NCBI GenBank assembly: GCA_951406725.2
Contig: OX597820.1
Coordinates: forward strand, 83,452,001 to 83,516,000
DNA length: 64,000 nucleotides
From: Octopus vulgaris
Lineage: Eukaryota
Reading direction: 5' to 3'
This document shows, piece after piece, positions 40,193 to 54,888 of this stretch (its first letter is position 1; each line of letters starts with the position of its first letter). The notes beneath the pieces were generated by a model. The model searched no databases. It was given only the letters and a program-made list of their open reading frames with translations, and had not been told where the DNA came from. Made by a program: the position numbers and the translations under genes.

Positions 40193-40291
40193 ATGATGGG
40201 GCGCTATTATGTGAACGCGAACGAGCTAATTATACCCGAAGATGAGATGCAACTGATGCAGATGACGAGAAAGAGGAGGAGGAGGCACAAG
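40193..40291 (+). CDS. Candidate first coding exon of an unidentified host gene
   Basis: ATG-initiated 33 codons (MMGRYYVNANELIIPEDEMQLMQMTRKRRRRHK) ending at a phase-0 AAG|GTAAAT donor-like site, in locally repeat-free DNA. No homology recognised. Confidence 0.25.
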
Positions 40292-40536
40292 GTAAATTAC
40301 TTAGATATGTATGCCTTCCTACATATATATAATCTTATATTATATTGGTCTCAAACTTTTTGCAGAAGGCCAGTAGATTCGGGACGGGGTGTAAGTCAAT
40401 AACGCAACGCAATGCCCTCAACTGGTGTTTACTTTATCGGCCCTAAGAGGACGAAATGCAAGATCCACTTCGGCAAAAGATCAATTCAAAAAGTAAAGGA
40501 AACATTATGCGGGGCGTGCTGCCGCTTACGTTATAC

Positions 40537-40577
<41 letters not shown>

Positions 40578-40589
40578 CATTATTATTGT

Positions 40590-40700
40590 TTATTTATTTA
40601 TGCGCCCTTTTCAAGCCTAGCTATGCTCATGGGCTCGGTTTCCCGGTTTCTGTGGCGTATGATCCCCCCCTCCAGATGGACAGGACGCGATGCATACGCT
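40590..40700 (-). mobile_element. 3' fragment of the V-domain-like SINE (family of 58515-58715)
   Basis: TATGCGCCCTTTTCAAGCCTAGC..GGTTTCCCGGTTTCTG is the reverse complement of 58655-58712. Confidence 0.8.
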
Positions 40701-40923
40701 ACGCACACATAACTTTTTTCGCAAATTATGATGTCTTACAATATATTCCTTGCCCATGCTTTTTAAGTGAAGTGAATTAAATTTTTATGTACCACCATTT
40801 CAGGTGAATTTAAGAAAACAACTCGTAAATATAAGAAATTAAGAAAGAAACTTGTACATAAACGAAATCTTCGAATCCATCACTACACACACATAGACAA
40901 TCTCATAACATGTATATATTTAC

Positions 40924-41016
<93 letters not shown>

Positions 41017-41596
41017 TGTGTAGGTATATATGTATGTACTCACATATGCCTAGACGCATTAGTACACCAAGATCTATACACACGCGGACGATGGTCTATT
41101 CTTGTGAAAAAGAAAGTGAACAAAATGAAATACTTATAGAATATATTGCAATTTTTTGCAATATAATTACCATTTGCAATATGTGAGTGAACAAAATAAA
41201 AATAAGGAAGTGAACACAATATAATACTTATAGAATATATCGCAAAAAAAATTGCAATATAATTACTATTATAGGTAATAATGCCCAGGTGAAATTAAGA
41301 AATCAGGTCCTAAATAATAGAAACCCACGAATCAATTATTGTAAACATGCACTCACGCGCGCTCACACACACACAGAGAAACACACATAGATACACGCAG
41401 AGTCCCATATTTATGTATATATTTATGTACCTTTCAAGACAATCAAACCACATATTTATCATTTCAAGCCACTCACTCAAAGAGTATTTCTGAATATTTT
41501 GTGAAAATGATTTCGGCCTTTTTCGGTAATTTTGTAAACACACAGTGAGACAGAAAAACGAATGTTTAAAATACTTTGCTTTCGCTTAGGCGCGTA

Positions 41597-41964
<368 letters not shown>

Positions 41965-42493
41965 GTATCAGGCAGTGGCTCTCATGGCTTCTGATTTTAA
42001 CTGATTGAAAGTGTTATCAGGTACATTGTTTGGTCTTGGTATAAAAGATGGGCTACAGCAAATATTCTGCTCAATACCACAGATTTGCTTGTCAGTTGTT
42101 TGACTTTAACCAGTTGAGCATGTCCCTTAGTGGCTGACGATATGTGCATCTCTTATCACGAGCAGAAGTAGTGGGGGAGCATCATAGCCATGTGTTGAGA
42201 GGGATTCTTTGGGGTTTGAATAATTCACCTCTGGAAACATGGGTGTTTCGTTCAACATCCTTAAACAACCCTTATCCAGGGATGGGTTACTCGACCTGAA
42301 GAAAATTCTAACTGGGCCCCACCTGCAAGGTCATGTGCTGTTTATATTGATATGAGATCACCTTATCGCGCACATATGATTGTAATGCCTGTGCCTAGTG
42401 TACCCTTATCAGACGGGTAGTCATGATGGTTATACTGGGCTTCATATATTTTACCCCAGTGTCACTTTGATGGCATGCACTGCTCTCTCACTC
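41965..42493 (+). mobile_element. ~530-bp non-coding element inserted in (AAT)n, copy 2
   Basis: Near-identical to 11046-11587 apart from a ~16-bp internal deletion. Confidence 0.85.
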
Positions 42494-42542
<49 letters not shown>

Positions 42543-43779
42543 TTAATAGTTTCTACTATAGGCACAAGGCCCGAAATTATGGGGAGTGTGGCAGTCGATT
42601 TAGATCGCTTCCAGTACGCAATTCGAACTTAATTTATCAACCCCGAATGGATGAAAGACGATGACAACAACAACAACACCAACAAGAATAACAGTAATAT
42701 TAATGATTATAATAATAATAATAATAATAATAGTAATAATATTAATATGTTCATGATGAAGACGTTTTGTCTATGAAAATGGAGCGATTGTTTAGCTGTT
42801 TTTTTTTACGATTATGATATTCACAGTAACGTAAAAAAATGCTGATGAATATTTTGTGCCTGATGGTTATAGTAACGATACCGTTAGTGCTGATGAGCTG
42901 ATATGATTATGAATAATATTGCTTTCTGGTGTTGCACTGATGCTAGAGGAAAGATCCATCGAGTATATTGATTCAGAAATATCTAAATTCATGATTCCTC
43001 AGAATTGAAAAAAAAAATGTCTTGTGCCCAAAAGTTGTGAAAGTAAAACGACATGCACTTCATATTTTGACCATAAGTGGAATTTTCTCATGTCCATTCT
43101 TGGATCAATTCAAAGAGCAAGAGGACACGTAGTTATATTTTTATCGATTCCACATTGCCTGTATCCCCGGGGCAGAGTAATATCTAATGTTTCATAAATG
43201 CTAATAGCGCTAGAAAAATGTTTCCCATTTGTATATTGTTTCTTTTCCTAAAATTACATTAATTTTCTTTTTATTCATCAGTTATATGACAGTTTTATAT
43301 TCAGTTTTTTTTTCCTTTCTTTGTTCGTACTCAATTTTGTTATTCCGTTTCAGCCTTCGGGACAGCGTTTATATCAATACAATTGAACGCGAGAAGCTGA
43401 ATTGCAATATGAGAAAACAGACGAATTTGAAATAATATGGCGAAATACAGGAGGTTTCTATATTAACGCGTCATATTCTTGACAGAATGTTTGCTGCTTG
43501 AAAAAAAAAAAAGGAAATATTCATTTTTGTAAACTTGGCAGAATATAAATATATAAGTGATATTAAAAGAATGGTGTAGTAGCATTAATCTCATGAATCG
43601 TTGCTGGGGCATAATTAAATGAATCGACTCTGGTTTAACAATGGATCTTATTCGAGAGTTATACTAATTTTTTGATAAAATGTCGACTTAACCTAACTTT
43701 GATATGGACAATTTATGATGTTTTGATTATATTTGAATAAATACCCGTTGAATCCAAGTCATAACATGTTACGTGAAGG

Positions 43780-44340
43780 GGCAGTAAGATTTTGCATCTG
43801 AAATGCTAACAGGTAATGTGCCTTGAAACCGGAAAACGGAAGTTCCTGAAAAAATATACTGAGTGTAATTAATTTATTCTTTCATTTCCGGTTTCAATCT
43901 CCAGGTCTTTACACCGTTTTAAAGTTACAAAATTTTTCAGAGATACGTTTTTGTGCTTGCAACACCAATCAGAAGGCAAGTCTTTTCAAATTATGATATC
44001 AGTTAATCTGTATTTCTCTATCAGTCCGAAATCTGAAACTGCAAAATATTGTTATTTCGACACAGTGGGTCACTCGTGGTGGCTTACGTTTTCATCAATT
44101 GTTACTTGCTTATATGTGCGGCAGATTGACCAAAACATGTACTGTACTGAATTCGACTGTATTACACAAGGTAATACTTATGGGCACCTTACCTACCTTT
44201 CGGAAATTTCTCTTCATGTAATGGCAACAATATCATCATTTAACAAATTTTCTTGGTGCTAGTCTACTGCATTCAGAGAATATATAGTCGATCGTCTGCT
44301 GGTGCTTAGTATGATGAGGTGCATTCATATTCCAGGACAT
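43780..44340 (-). mobile_element. Degraded R4/Dong LINE, knuckle + RLE region
   Basis: Minus-strand QTIDYIFSECSRLA, TDREIQ, KTCLLIGVA and NVSLK...KDLEIE parallel the young copy at 12400-12800. Confidence 0.75.
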
Positions 44341-45059
44341 TACTCTGGTAATTCCTACATGGAAGGAACTGATCCTCGGAAGCTTCAATATTAAAACACC
44401 TTCTGGGAGAGACGGGGATACCTACCCTTGAGCGGTTCCATTCTAATGCGAATTTTCACCATGAAAGCACCGACTATAATAGTCACTTTTTGAATATATG
44501 AAGGCACCAGATCAAGCAAAAGTTATAGGATCCTTGTCCCCTCGGCCGTTCAAAATTTGTATTGAATTCTTCCGTTGGACCAAAGCCCAGGTTCCAGGAG
44601 CCTCGATTTCATTTTGTATGGTGTTCCAATTTGTTTTAAACGCCGTAAATTTGTGCCTGTTTGGGATCCTAAATAAGGACTTGTGGTTATTTCGTTGCAG
44701 TGCAAATGGGGCTCTCCGTTGTTCCAACATATTTCTGCGCTTGTGCTCTTGCGTTTTTGGTGCTTCTGCTGTTGCTGCTGATGATGCCAGTGCTGCTGTT
44801 GCTGCTGCTACTTCAGGACACCGCCTCAGAGATCACTTACTCAGAGTCGCATCCACCTCCTACTGGGCAATCACTATTAAACCTAAATGAGCATCTTGCC
44901 TCTGTGTGGTATTTTGGGGCATCCACTAAAATCTCTTTTACACTGGGTGTTAGTGCAAAGCTGAATGAGACCCTTAAATAATTGTTCGTAACTATGGGAT
45001 TGCGTAAAATGCTTATCTGCTAATTTAAGGAAGATGCATTCTATGCAGCTTTCCACGTT

Positions 45060-45900
45060 CAGAGAGAGAGGTTAAGGCAACCAAAGGTGCCGCTTTGTTT
45101 TGTGTACTTTAGGTCCGGGTATGTAAGAGGTGAAGTATTGAAACAGGGTGGCTAAGCAAATCTTCGTTGTAATAAGGGGCATTGGAGTCAAACATATCTT
45201 TATTCGAGGACATTTAATATCCTTTTGGTAACACTGCACCAGGTATTTAAATGCAATAGGCGCAATAGGCTGTTTTAGCAATCGATTGATTTTACTTTGG
45301 CTTTCGATAAGGCTGTGAGGCTTGTCTATAATTTCATACGATGCTGATTGCAAAGAGCCTATCAGGCATAATGGCATATTCTGTATATAAGTTTATTTCT
45401 CTTTTTTTGTTTTTGCCTTATCAGGTAACACTAAAGTTCAATCTGATTTTTTAAGGAGAGGCGTATATCGTAAGATTGCTTGTACTTAAAAGGATCGGAG
45501 TACTTACAAAATCTCAGTTTGGAGTTGCTATCAAGTAGGTCCGCTTTGAAGGCAGCTACCTCTTTGATTCTGGACGGAAACCACTTTCTGGATCTGATGT
45601 TGTAAGTTTTGGCGTTCATGGGTGCTGTAGCTTGGTCATAGAAGTATGCCTTACATCTCATGCATCTTATTAGATCGATGGCCTCCGTAAAGAGAGTATC
45701 TTTTTTGACTATATACATGCGCACATCTGATAGGACAGCTATTAAACACAACTCATGGGGAGGCCTATTGCTATACATTCTGCGCCCAGAGAGCATGAAC
45801 AATCGGCTATTTTTCAATGAGTCCCCCCACCCAAAGGTACATGCTAAAGAAATGTTTTAGCAGTAATATTATATGTAGTCGCTGTTTATGGCCGATAAGA
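45060..45900 (-). mobile_element. PLE N-terminal fragment, degraded
   Basis: LIRCMRCKAYFY..YNIRSRK..P..KEVAAFKADLL..LRF resembles the PLE RMRWKAxF/FExDL N-terminal domain. Confidence 0.65.
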
Positions 45901-46279
45901 AAGTAAACATTGGAATCGCAGTAGTCGACTAATTTGTCTTACTGGCTGCACGCACATTAGCTCTGTACAAATAGAGGTAAAAATGAAGATAAAATTACTA
46001 CCTAGGCCAACTTGGTGGAAAAACAAATCTCCCAAAAAGATGAAGCGAAATATTCTCGAAGCAAAAAACCATTTCAAGGAGAGATGAAGTGATCTCCTCT
46101 TCAAGGAAATTTAGCTACGATTCCATGTTAACTAAACGGTACATCTACATCGTATATTCTTAGTGAATTTATGCTGCAACTTAACATTCGTATGTCTGTA
46201 AGTGAGTATCTAACACACACATAGATGCACACACACCCATATAGGCACACACGCACACGCACACATACTATAAGCATTA

Positions 46280-46760
46280 GAACGTCCGTTCTTGTCGACG
46301 ATGACCAGGGGCATCAAGTGGGTGAACAAGACGGGTCACAGTGTGTCCGGCTATCGCCGATCTGTGTCATGGTTGCTGGGAAGCTCCATCGCAAGTCTTG
46401 CAGAAGTTATCTGTTGCGACTGACAGGACGTAGGTGGTTCTCAATTTGCATTTCGCATTACCTTCGAGCCACTGCAAACCTGTTTTGATCGTATGAGATG
46501 AATCTCTGCAGGTGCAGCTAAAGATTTGGTTATGAGACGCTTGTCTACCAAGTTTGTGCTAAAACTGGTTTCAGCTGTCCAAAAAGGTACTCGGGTTGTA
46601 CACGAATTTTTTTATTGTGTCGAGAATGATGTAAAGTTTAGAAAAATTTTCGTAGACCTCTGTGCAGGTATTGCCAGGCTTTAGACACCATTTTTTGCTG
46701 ATTCTCTGCTCAACTTTCTCTGTCATTGTCAATGCGACGATCATACGCTACTCACCTTCC
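46280..46760 (-). mobile_element. Possible RTE-type LINE 3' end, degraded
   Basis: GC-richer block with a Cys-pair remnant (CKTC) and an RTE-like terminus GTCATCGTCGACAAGAACGGACG on the minus strand. Confidence 0.35.
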
Positions 46761-47029
46761 TTCCTTCAAGCGTAAATGAGCTAGAACATTAAAATGAGGA
46801 CGCTTGCACAGCAGAGTTAAAGATGTAACAGTTGCAAGTGGCTTAACACTGCGAGCTTCAGCTTCGTTACTGTGGCAATAGTCCCGATACTTATTGATCA
46901 GAGCACGTACATACATATGCACATGCACACATAAATACATGCATACTATATGTGTGTGGATGTGCGTGTGTGTGCGCGCGCACGCGTGTGTGCGTTTGTA
47001 TGTGTGCGTGTGTGCTTGTGTGTATCTGG

Positions 47030-47665
47030 ATTAGTTAAGGCTTTTCTCTCCAAGCGAGAGATGACGTCGAGTTTAAATTTTTCACATTCTCTATTTACGA
47101 TTCCTATATACGTAACGAAATCTTCCGTTTCTGTTTTATCTTCCAATTTCAAACACTCCCAGCGAATATCAAATAGCGAATTTCTTTCACTGAATATTTC
47201 AAATAATAGCTAAATTGTTTTCTCGAAACAAATTTCGGTTCGTTTTTTTCGGCAACATGTAATTACAAAACTTTTCATGTTTTGCTGGTGATAATTTACT
47301 TCAAAGAAAACGTATCTTGTTTTCGTCCGTCTAGCTATTACACTCTTCCTTGGAGACCCATTCATACCTTCTGAAGTATTCAGAAAAAGTAATCCCTTTT
47401 TTTCTGGATTATATGTGGATTCTTCAATTGAAATAGTAACCGAGTCTGACGAAAACGAACCTGAAGTGATTTTCACTGCAACACGAATTCCAAGAACAGT
47501 TGATTTTGATGGTGTTTTTGTTGCAGTTGCTGTTGTACCCGTTATTTCTGTTTCTGTTGTTCTTGTTGCTGCTGTAGTTGTCGTTGCAATTGAAACACGG
47601 AAGCCAATAAGACATCAATGTTAACAACATCCACCGTGAGCTTCGAATGTCTCGTCGCCACAACA
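47030..47665 (-). mobile_element. Ty3/Gypsy LTR retrotransposon 5' internal fragment (PBS + gag N-terminus)
   Basis: PBS-like TGGCGACGAG at 47660-47651, then a Q-rich stretch, YNPE, YFRRYE, EKFCNYMLPK, SLFDIRWECLKL and YIGIVNRECEKFKL. Frameshifted and truncated. Confidence 0.8.
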
Positions 47666-48796
47666 ATTAACACATCATTTGTTGCTGAGGAACTGCAGAA
47701 ACACCATACGTTATTTTTTTTTCATTTTATAGGCGAAATGCATAATACATGCATAAATTCACATAAAATGTAAAGCATCTGAAAATATCTAGTCACATAA
47801 TGTAATGTATATGAACGCAATAAAACTGGTAATTGTTCGCTATGTTACTTTCTTTAAACGTAAGGCAAGGATATTACGTGTGAAATAAATTAATGTAGCC
47901 AGCTGTCATTGGAAATTTCTCAAATATAGATGTAAGGATATTCAAATATTCACCATTTTAACGTTTGAAATAAAGAGTTGAAGTTTAACAGGATATCATG
48001 TGTCTGTGAGATACGAAGACTACAAATTAAGGAGCTATAAAATATGCTATGTGCTCTATAATCGAATAGTTTTTTGTCTTTTATGATTGTTAAAATTATC
48101 ATAATTCAGGTTTTAGTTATACGTGTGTTTATGATGCTTGCTCAGGCTCTGAATGCAAATATAACTTCCGAGAATACATTTTAAACAAGTTTTCAGTTAA
48201 ACTGCTTTCTATTATCTCGTTGGCGAATCGGAAATATTCACCATATCTTGCTCTAGAATCTTCATAGCTCGTGCCTTTACTTATACTCTGCTGCATTGTA
48301 TAAATCAGCGTCATTCCACGACAAATTATGACTATATCTATGCTTGACACAAGGAAGGAAGAGATTCTCTGACCTGCTTGTCTGCCTTCTATGATAGAAG
48401 TTCTAATATGGTTGGGACACGTACACAGGTTGGACAGTAGCACACTACTCAGAAAATACCTTTGCTCCAAGATATGCAAGGGAAATTGACACCATAGAAT
48501 ATTTTTCACTGACATTCAAAGATACTGCAAAACAGAATATGAAGTGTAAAGGAATTGAATATAATAGACGGCAAATTTAAACGAGAAAAAAGAAGGTTAT
48601 CAAATCATACTAAAGCCAAGAACAGATATAATCGCAAAGAGTTGTCGCTTAAATAATAGATTCAATCTTCAACTGTTTCAATAAGTCTTAGATTTGCGAT
48701 TTAAGAAAACAAGAAAACCTACATTACAATATTAATACACATACACTCACATTCACACACTCAAACACATGCATACATAGATAAATACATACACCC

Positions 48797-48880
48797 ATAC
48801 ATACATACATACATACATACATACATACATACATACATACATACATACATACATACATACATACATACATACATACATAC
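48797..48880. repeat. (CATA)n microsatellite
   Basis: Directly visible. Confidence 0.97.
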
Positions 48881-50025
48881 GTAAATACACGCACTGTTAA
48901 TCTTAGTTGACAGGTGTTTAGTTGTTGTTTTCCTGTTATATGATATATTATTATCGTGAAAAGACATAACCGAAAAATAAATATGACATTTACCCTCAAT
49001 AATGCTGAACATTATTAATGAGTCTTGCACGTAGGTATCATTCATTTTTCTGAGATGACCGGACACAAAAGTAATAATATTTTGATGAAGTGACAGACAT
49101 TTGATATATCACATTAAAAAACGAAGCAAATCAACTGTCATTACTTTGGATATATTAGTATCTTGCCAAATATATTCTCTGTCTTAAGTAATGGCCAATT
49201 GTTAGTATGAGCTGGGATATATTTCATATAACCATACATGAACAGAAACATTCATATAGCAATTTAGTTGGTTTCTGTACAACTATTCTGTCGTGTCTAT
49301 TGCTTTTTCATGAAGAATGATAGCTACCAATAGAAAACTTTCTGTATATTCTATTATATGTATGGATGCAAAGGAAATAATTTGCGTTTGAAAATCTCAT
49401 AGCAGCAGTGAAGCAGTCTCTTTTGTTATTTTGAAACAACAAACCGGATAATTTATGTTAGAAATATAAGAATTCTGTCGTTTTGTTTAAATATTATTGA
49501 TCTCATAATGAGATGATACAGTGTGTTTTGAAGTGTGTAGGTTCTTATTTAAAGCAAATTATTCTTGGTGCTAGTTGTAGATCAAATGCTCACTCCATTC
49601 GTGTGAAAGAAAAAAACTTTTCAATGAGACGAGCAGCGTGATCAAACCATGAACCAAGTGGTTGTTAAGCATCCGGAGCACACAAATAGACCTGTGCCAT
49701 TTTTGCCGGAGATGCTGTAAGTGTAGAATACATAACACTACAAGTAAATTTTCGTCTACTCCTTATTGATGTGAATGTCAATTGCTGTGAAACAATTGAG
49801 AATTCACCTCCTACACACACACACACACACACAGTAACTTCTCAAAGCAGGAGCCCATGTAACTCTGCTGTGCGCTAAATAGTACTGTAAGGACATTTCT
49901 AGTTATGTGGGCGACGCATTTTATGGAACAGATGACCCCCAGGAAGACATAGAGAGAGTTTGTCAATTAAACATAAGAAGATTATTATTCGGGACAAAAT
50001 TAAACTCTTGCTTATTAATATACTT

Positions 50026-50167
<142 letters not shown>

Positions 50168-50169
50168 AG

Positions 50170-50725
50170 GAGCAGTGATAGTTTACTTGATGAGAGACGT
50201 AGAGATGATCTAAAAGAGGACAATAAAACTAATGGCGACATGACAGATGAACAAAATGCAAGACTACAGGAGAACGATGGCGACATTATTTGCAACGTTA
50301 TGTTGAACCTAGAAACGAAAAATGTCAATGATATTCTGAAATACACAAGAAAAATCAACATCACAGAAACAAATAATTTTAACAATGCAGTTAGTATTGC
50401 TGTAGAAGAAAAGATGGGTGTTGATGTCAAGAAAGAGAGAATATAATGGGAGTGACAAAAGAAAATAACCGTGGTGGAAAAGAAGAATAGAATCAGGGTT
50501 AGATATGCTCTCGAAGGAAATTTATATCTTAGACCTAAAAGGGAAAGGGACGCTTAAAGGCGAGCAAAAATACTGAGGGCTGAAAAGGAAGTATGATATT
50601 GAAAGAGAGGGCCTGAAAATGGTGACGGAGGAACTGAAACTGTGTCTCGTTGCAAAGAAAGCAAATATGGTGAGATACGACCAAAGAGTTACAACCAGAA
50701 TAGGTTATTCAGAGCAGATGTCAGG
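50170..50725 (+). mobile_element. R4/Dong LINE fragment, region upstream of RT
   Basis: Peptides NITETN, PWWKRRIE, EELK...VRYDQR and YNQNRLF are typical of the pre-RT region of this clade. Confidence 0.7.
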
Positions 50726-50839
50726 GCAAACCAGCTGGTTGAGACTCCAATTCTGCGACTTATTGTACAACAATTCGGAATACTTTGTTATACACGCACA
50801 CACACACATACTCACACACACACACACACACACACAAAA

Positions 50840-50886
<47 letters not shown>

Positions 50887-51569
50887 CATATATATATTTA
50901 TACATATATATACGTATATACTCACACAGAGAGAGGAAGACAAACATGCAGACAGCAAACAAGGGGGAAGAGGTGGATATATTCGGATAGAATGCTGTAT
51001 TAAGATCTTTGCAGCAAATATGGTTATGTTTGTTTCTCTCTTGTTCATACTGTTTTTTGTCAATGTTGTTCACGTTTCAATAGTTCTCCCTGGAATTTGA
51101 CTGCCCGTGATATATGCTCCCTTATCTATTTATTTAGTTTTTGATGATGCTACAAACTTGTCTTTTAATCGGTTAATTTGAAGTGGAGCTTACGATGTAA
51201 ATTCAAATCTATATTTTTACTTAACACATTCCTTGACCACTGAAAATTTCCCCCATTCGGGGCATTTCTTTTTAGTTGTGCAGCAGTGATGGAGATATAT
51301 GGGAATGAGTTTAACTCACCACTGTATTATAATAATATAAAAATATGAGTTCAGTAAAAAACATAATTTCATTGATAATAATTATACCATCGGTTGAATC
51401 GATTATAGGCAGATTTTGCACTATCGGGAAAAGAATTTAAAGTTAAAACTTCAAATTCGTTATAAGTTCACTATTTTAGCAATGATTGCCGTAACTACAT
51501 AACGAAATTCCTATACAATGTACAGCGATCCGGTATGGTCAAACTACATCTGGCAATAATTGCAAAATA

Positions 51570-52185
51570 AGGTTGCAATAAAACAAATTTAGGTTGTGAA
51601 TTCTTAAAACTGGTTACTAAACATTGTGAAACTAGTCATATTTTCTGTATTACACTGAATGTTATCTATCTTGTTGCAAAAACGTCACCACTGTTATTAA
51701 TCAGCATAACACAACAATCATTACAAGCAACCATAGTGCCGAATGTAACCAGAAGAACTAACATTACAAAGCTAAGGCTTGCTGTCCTTTAGAAGGAAAA
51801 TGTCTTGAAAAAGGAATAGTTTATGCAGCTAAATTACAAACAGATGGCTCACAAGAATATAAGACATACACAGGGGCTTCGGAAGATTCATTCAAGACTA
51901 GGTTTTATTCCCATTAATATTCTTTCCGATAACCCGAGAATTGTTACAAGTCTTGCAAAACATGTCTGGCAACTGAAGGTAAATAACCTCCGTTCTTTCA
52001 TCATCAGTTGAAAATTTTGGAAAAAAGCTGCTAAGTATAAACATGGATCATATAGAAGGCCAAATGCAGACTTTGCCTCTCAGAAAATGACTTAATCCTG
52101 CTCGGGGATACACAAGCACTGAACAAAGGACGTGAAGTTGTAAATACCTGCAGGCACGCTACGAGGTTTAAACTGTAAACTGAAA
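51570..52185 (+). mobile_element. PLE fragment, GIY-YIG endonuclease region
   Basis: Peptides GCEFLKLVTKH, CPLEGKCLEKGIVYAA, KTYTGASEDSFKTR, TSLAKHVWQLK, KCRLCLSE and LNKGREVVNTCRH. Confidence 0.85.
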
Positions 52186-52643
52186 AATACCTTACGGTTA
52201 AGAAATTTTGACTTTCGAATATTTGTTTTGACTTTCGCATTTAAATTTGGCGTTTCCACCAAAAATATCGACATCTTTTTGTATTACAATGCTGGTATAT
52301 ATTTCGTCTTCATATTTTACATTCGACTTTTAAGAAAGCCTCCGACTGTTTTACAAGTTTAAATTAGAATGTTCCCGAGGTTAAATTTTTACTTATATTT
52401 CATATTTAATATTTAAATTATTACTTCAAATTTTTATATGCTTCTTAGAAATTTATATATTTATATCAAATTCAATTATATTAATTTATTGTACAACCCT
52501 TTTAGTTTGATATTCTATACATCAGACCGTTTTTTAACATATTTGTATGCGTATATACGTTGTCGTGTATACATGTATGTTGATGTGAATGTGTATATAT
52601 ATATATATATATTTACATACATATATACATATATACATACATA

Positions 52644-52675
<32 letters not shown>

Positions 52676-52677
52676 CC

Positions 52678-52756
<79 letters not shown>

Positions 52757-53623
52757 TTGTATATATGTATGCGTGTCCACATGTGAGTTACTTTTGCATT
52801 ATGTATTTATGCAGATGTGCGTGTGTTTGCAAGCTTACCTTTTAGGCACTCCAATTTCAATCTCATTTAACTCTCTCTTCTTCTCCATCTCAATTTCTCC
52901 TTCTCTTTCTAATTTTTGTTTTCTCTTCCTTTTTCCTTTCTCCCTTGACTTATTACTCTCTGAATTTCTCATTGCTTTCTTTCTCTCGCTTGTAAAACCG
53001 AGGTTGTATATTTGAAACACACACGGAAAAATATTATGTGCGTATACATATGTATTTTTATATGTATATTATGTATTTATATTTTGCGTGTATTTGTTTG
53101 TATATGTATGTAAGTCTGTACCAATGTTTGTATGTTTAGTGTACATGTGTATATATACGATTTTGGTAGACGTGTGTGTTACCAAATGTATATGAATTTT
53201 TATGATGTTAGTTCTTTGTAAATGACTGTATTTTAAACGGACATTTATCTTAATTTATTTTTTATCTTCTACTAAATTTAATTTTTGATTTAAGATTTTC
53301 TTAGATTTTTATAATAATACTCTTTGAAATCGTAATTATAATTTCATATAAGCATTTATTGAAAAACCGTTAGTTTGAAAGACCAATGAAACAAAACCAT
53401 TTTAAAATGCGTATCAAACAAATAATTGTTTGTTTATGAATATAACAATATTTTGTCCCATTCTCAAGCAAAATTGTGCGACGAACGGGAACGCGAACGT
53501 CTGACAAACAGCTTTTGTGATGTCTGTGCAGCTTTATTAATACAGTATTATACTCTACCTCCGGTATTCTTTTTTTAGATCTTATGCCCTTACTCTGGTG
53601 TATACATATGTATATATATATAT

Positions 53624-53657
53624 ACATTCCATGCGAAACAACCTAATAAATCTTATG

Positions 53658-53717
<60 letters not shown>

Positions 53718-53753
53718 TACATAAGATATATTAGGTTGTTTCGCATGGAATGT
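53624..53753. repeat. Palindrome: ~37-bp arms around (TA)n; the right arm includes the mariner TIR
   Basis: ACATTCCATGCGAAACAACCTAATAAATCTTATGTAT is inverted as ATACATAAGATATATTAGGTTGTTTCGCATGGAATGT with one mismatch. Confidence 0.9.
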
Positions 53754-54888
53754 CGTATTTAAATGTTTCGGAAGTGATAGGGAACTGATTTATTTAACCA
53801 AAATAAGAGCCATGTTCATTTATAACGTGGTGTATATTCATTCTGTAAAAATAATTTCTTTTTGCTATGATAAACTTTCCGAATGCTTGAATCATCTCTT
53901 CAAGAATGTGTTATTGATTTTGAAGTGCTCAAAATGCGTAAATTAGTGATGATCAGTAGGAAAAGTCTCAGGGGAATAGGGAGGATGTTGCAAAATGGCA
54001 TAATACAGGTTTTGCAACATTTGGACTGTAGCTTGAGGTGCGTGAGTACGTGCATTGTCGTTGAGCAAAATTTGGCCATCTCTATTCACTAGTCTGGATT
54101 GCTTTTTTTCCAAATTCTCATGCATACAATCAATTTTCTTGCAATACAATGTTGCTCTTACCATTTTTCCTTGTTGCATAAATGAACAATCAATAACTCC
54201 CATCAGTAACCTTACAGTAACCACTAACTTTTTAGGATATAATTGTTTGTTTGGGGAGTGTTTGGATGAAACTCCTGCATCTAATCACTGTCCTATTCTG
54301 CTGATGTCAAAGAGTATCAATTTCTCTTCACAAGTAATGGTTTGATGCAAAAGATGTCTTTTTTCAGTAGAGAATGCAATAAAGAGCACGTTTCGTGGTG
54401 TCTCTTGCTTTGAATCTCGTTCAGTTCATGTGGAACAAACCTAGCCGGTTTTTTAAATCTTCCGACCTTTTACAGGTGTCCAAAATAAACGAGATTTTTT
54501 GAGTTCTGATGTAAATTTCTGAACCTTTGTTCTCGGATTTTGTTTAACCACAGCATTTAATCCACCATGCCGAATAACTGCTTTTGGCTAACCCCTTTGT
54601 TTATTTTCAAGGCGATATATCTCCTGAAGATTTGGAAGCATCTCTCATGTCAACAAAACGATTACCAAAGCTTCTGCGGCATAGTGAACCAGTTTGTACA
54701 CATACGAGAAAATCACTCAACATAGTTTGCTTGTTATCATTATGATAAGGCTTGTGGGCACACATTTTGTGTTTGTTACGAAAGAAAAAGACTCAAGACT
54801 AAATGCAAGTTATATATCATAGGATTTTTAAATGACTGAAATAGCATGAAATTAAAAATAGCAACATATCATATGAAACAACATATTA
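53729..54888 (-). mobile_element. Near full-length degraded mariner transposon
   Basis: TIRs TATTAGGTTGTTTC... and ...GAAACAACATATTA. Peptides ITCEEK, QILLNDNARTH and QHPPYSPETFPTDHH (DNARPH and YSPDLAPxD motifs). Multiple stops. Confidence 0.88.
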
